DNA of 64,000 nucleotides from Candidatus Aldehydirespirator sp. GTDB lineage: Bacteria > Actinomycetota > Acidimicrobiia > Acidimicrobiales > Aldehydirespiratoraceae. This document shows, one piece after another, positions 61,565 to 64,000 of this stretch. Made by a program: the position numbers and the translations under genes. A model generated the notes under the pieces. It had not been told where the DNA came from, searched no databases, and saw only the letters and a list, made by a program, of their open reading frames with translations. Position 1 is the stretch's first letter, and the number at the start of each line of letters is the position of its first letter. The stretch lies in assembly GCA_965261105.1 (NCBI GenBank), contig CBDHCM010000006.1:2399595-2463594 (forward strand), given 5' to 3'.

Positions 61565-61765
61565 TTGGCCCGCTCTATTCTCAACAAACGAGAACGTGAG
61601 ACGGTTGCCGCGCTGCTATTGCTGGGTGTGTTGGGAGCCGTATTGTGGGTAACGGAACTGATCCGGTCTGTGCCAGTATGGATATGGTGGGCTGCGGCGG
61701 CAGGGGCAATGGCCGTGATTTTGTTGATCCTCGTTTTGCGGCTTAGGAGCCGACGACGAATATGA
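61565..61765 (+). CDS. small membrane protein (2 TM), unknown
   Basis: TTG start with GGAGG 8 nt upstream; 66 aa; two hydrophobic helices. Confidence 0.45.
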   Translation: MARSILNKRERETVAALLLLGVLGAVLWVTELIRSVPVWIWWAAAAGAMAVILLILVLRLRSRRRI

Positions 61766-61927
61766 GGATGTGCACGACCAAGACCGGCCAGAGCACCGTT
61801 CCCGCCCCTGCCCGGTCGCCGGGGTTGGGGCAGCCGTCTGAGCCTGCCCTCAGACCCCACACACCAGACCTGACACCCGCCGTCTCAATCGACCTGGTGC
61901 CGCCGCGGTTCTTCTAACCGTTGAGCT

Positions 61928-62212
61928 TCACTTGGGGTCGCGGGGTTCTGTCTCGGATGAGTTTGAGGTCTCCCGTTTGCGCGCCCCGATGGTTCCTATT
62001 GTGACTCCACCGAGTCCGACCAGCGCCCCGACCCCAGCCACTAGAGCCGTCTTGCCGCTCGGACAGTCAGCCTCCCCTACCCAATAGTCAACGTCGCAGT
62101 AGACATCGAAGAGGGCAGGCTTGGAATCGGCAGTTTCCCATGTCGTGAACGCAGGGATTCCGGGAAGTACGACGATGATGGCACCCAAGAGTGCTCCGAC
62201 AACGTATCGCAT
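61928..62212 (-). CDS. small membrane protein (2 TM) with Cys-containing loop, unknown
   Basis: AAGGAG Shine-Dalgarno 7 nt upstream of the ATG; 94 aa; lower GC. Confidence 0.55.
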   Translation of the reverse strand: MRYVVGALLGAIIVVLPGIPAFTTWETADSKPALFDVYCDVDYWVGEADCPSGKTALVAGVGALVGLGGVTIGTIGARKRETSNSSETEPRDPK

Positions 62213-62272
62213 GTTAATTCTCCTTCTCTAGAACTGCCTTAGTCGGCAGGCTGCGGTAGATGGATTCGACGG

Positions 62273-63382
62273 TTACCGACATTCTCTGGGCAATAGGTCG
62301 TATCGGTCAACGAGGCGTCCTAGGCACTGGGGATATCGCCACTCGACGCGCTCCCCGAAGTAGACAAAATCGTCTACGGCCTGCTGGTAGTTCTCTAATG
62401 TTGTTTGAGCAGCGTCATTCGCTTCGTCAAGCGCGTCTCTGGCATCATCAAGACTCAACCCTTCGGCTGATGCCACAGCCAGTTCCGTTCGAGCTATGTG
62501 ATAGTTGACAGCGGCGATGAGGTCCGCTCGCGCTGCGTCGATGAGGTCTCTGACAGCCTGTCGGAACTCGTCTACGTCGTTGCTGTCGGATCGGCGCGCG
62601 TTCTCTTGAATGTGCGTGTCGAGAATCCTCTCCGCGAGTGATTCGGCATGGTCGAGAGCCGAGTCGTTCGTCACGATTCGGGTAGCGATCCGGGCCGCGT
62701 CGGCTGCCGCTCTCGCGGTTTCCTCGTCGGGGGCACGCTGCGCCGCGTCGGCTGCAATCTCCACGTAATCGATGATTTCCGAAGCCAGTCCCGCCACTGC
62801 CTCACCGGCATCCATGATCTCGTCAAAGTCGTCATGCTCGGCGTCTGCTTCGCGCTGCAATGTCCGCATGTCGTCTCGAACCCGATCCGCAGCGTCGAAC
62901 AGCCGGTCGTCGCCTACCTCGTCGGCAGCGTCATCCAGACTGTCCACAGCCTCCATGCCCCTCTCTGCGAGCGACTCCAAAGGGTCGCCGCCACCACCGC
63001 AGGCGCGCGCAAGCAGAATCACAGCAACGATCACCAACACGACACCGATGGCTGACGGAACGACCGGCACTCGCTTACCTGCCACGGTCACGTTCTGAGC
63101 CAGCAAACGTTCTGAGAAGGTGGACGGGCTGGTTGGTCGGGACTCCGGCGCGCTTTCTAGCACCGGCTCGCCTTCCGCCTCATCGTCGGGTGACCCATCC
63201 GTAGCGGCGGCAACCGAATCGTCGGAGTCGTCTGCGCCAGTCCTGGCACTGCTGAGCGCCTCCAGGACTCGTGCCCTGCCAGCTTCGTCAAGGCTGGCCA
63301 GCGCTTCTGGAGCTTCGGGGGCGTTCGCCCGCAACAGCTCCAGAGCCTCTCGCTCGTCGGGGGTCAGGTCTTCATATGTCAT
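62273..63382 (-). CDS. acidic, single-TM protein with long Asp/Ala-rich helical ectodomain, unknown
   Basis: AGGAAG Shine-Dalgarno 5 nt upstream of ATG 63382. One TM (VVPSAIGVVLVIVAVILLA); no recognisable domain. Confidence 0.55.
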   Translation of the reverse strand: MTYEDLTPDEREALELLRANAPEAPEALASLDEAGRARVLEALSSARTGADDSDDSVAAATDGSPDDEAEGEPVLESAPESRPTSPSTFSERLLAQNVTVAGKRVPVVPSAIGVVLVIVAVILLARACGGGGDPLESLAERGMEAVDSLDDAADEVGDDRLFDAADRVRDDMRTLQREADAEHDDFDEIMDAGEAVAGLASEIIDYVEIAADAAQRAPDEETARAAADAARIATRIVTNDSALDHAESLAERILDTHIQENARRSDSNDVDEFRQAVRDLIDAARADLIAAVNYHIARTELAVASAEGLSLDDARDALDEANDAAQTTLENYQQAVDDFVYFGERVEWRYPQCLGRLVDRYDLLPRECR

Positions 63383-63408
63383 GATCTTCCTTTGGGGTCG
63401 TAGTCCGG

Positions 63409-63675
63409 CTATTGCTGTGGGCGTTTGCACTTGTTGAAAACTATGGTTCCTGGAATAGCAGAAAGGACACCTAGACCAGCCAATAGGCCAAGAATGGCAA
63501 CCACTTGGTCATCGGCTTCTCCAGCGCTGAACATCACGCCAACCAAGCCAAGAACAGCGAGTATCCAGCCCGATAAAGCCACGAGAAACCCGATACCTTG
63601 ACCGGTTGTCCATTTTGGCTCGCTTGGAGCTTGACTGCTTGGCGAAGTTCCGTGGCCGTGTGTTTGCATTGGCAT
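63409..63675 (-). CDS. small membrane protein (2 TM), unknown
   Basis: AGGTGG Shine-Dalgarno upstream of ATG 63675; 88 aa. Confidence 0.5.
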   Translation of the reverse strand: MPMQTHGHGTSPSSQAPSEPKWTTGQGIGFLVALSGWILAVLGLVGVMFSAGEADDQVVAILGLLAGLGVLSAIPGTIVFNKCKRPQQ

Positions 63676-63756
63676 GATAACCACCTAAGTTATTGGGCGT
63701 CCGATGGACGGATGTGGGCATTTGCTACGGACCTACCGGTGCTTCAAGGAACCTGA

Positions 63757-64000
63757 TCACTGGCACGATTTCTTGAATGATCGCTTAAACGCTGTGTAGG
63801 CATCGGAACCCGTGGCGAGTTCCTCCAACGCGGCCTGTAGCGCTTGTTCCGCTTCTCGCTGCCGTGCCGCTTCTGCCCGCGCTTCGACTTCCAACAGAGC
63901 CTCAGCCTCTCGTGCGGCTTCGAGGGCTATTGGAAGAGCATCTTCAACGGTACTCCACCTGCTCCAGAAGGCAGATTGTGCGATCTCTCCTGCCTCTGCC
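63757..64000 (-). CDS. partial ORF (C-terminal end) of a coiled-coil protein, unknown; continues beyond right edge
   Basis: Hand translation ...EAEALLEVEARAEAARQREAEQALQAALEELATGSDAYTAFKRSFKKSCQ-stop (TGA 63759..63757). Confidence 0.35.
   Translation of the reverse strand, partial: AEAGEIAQSAFWSRWSTVEDALPIALEAAREAEALLEVEARAEAARQREAEQALQAALEELATGSDAYTAFKRSFKKSCQ

Overview
High-GC (roughly 70% by eye) chromosomal segment, almost certainly Actinomycetota (mycothiol ligase mshC, InhA-type enoyl-ACP reductase, DUF222-HNH '13E12-like' genes, several apparently leaderless promoters). All calls come from reading the sequence and the ORF track by eye; no searches were run. Positions 1-44 kb are mostly core functions. 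They include thrS, mshC, inhA, two CNNM/CorC-type transporters, three ABC genes, an aminotransferase, thiamine pyrophosphokinase, two M23 peptidases, a DUF35+thiolase operon and murF/ddl. A co-directional ddl -> acyl-reductase-HAD fusion -> LarA-like -> PlsC-like string follows. Then comes a TCA block (mitochondrial-type aconitase, carboxyltransferase, gltA, qor, aceK) and chorismate mutase. Two tRNA-Val genes (CAC, GAC) sit next to accessory DNA. From about 44.4 kb onward the window is largely accessory. It holds a 50-bp x7 satellite, a MITE-like element, an IS1182-family IS, a second DUF222-HNH gene, a lower-GC McrBC module and four type II TA pairs. It also holds a truncated VOC gene, a low-GC PLD-family nuclease, hipBA with an in-frame amber codon, a frameshifted ISL3 transposase and a low-GC cluster of small membrane proteins. 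The most unusual signal is not a gene. Short tandem duplications or arrays (periods 18-71 bp) sit exactly on gene boundaries, with units that copy the neighbouring stop or start codon context (MIRU-like). A separate ~100-nt dispersed element abuts stop codons. Most long ORFs in the track are antisense shadows typical of high-GC DNA and were rejected.
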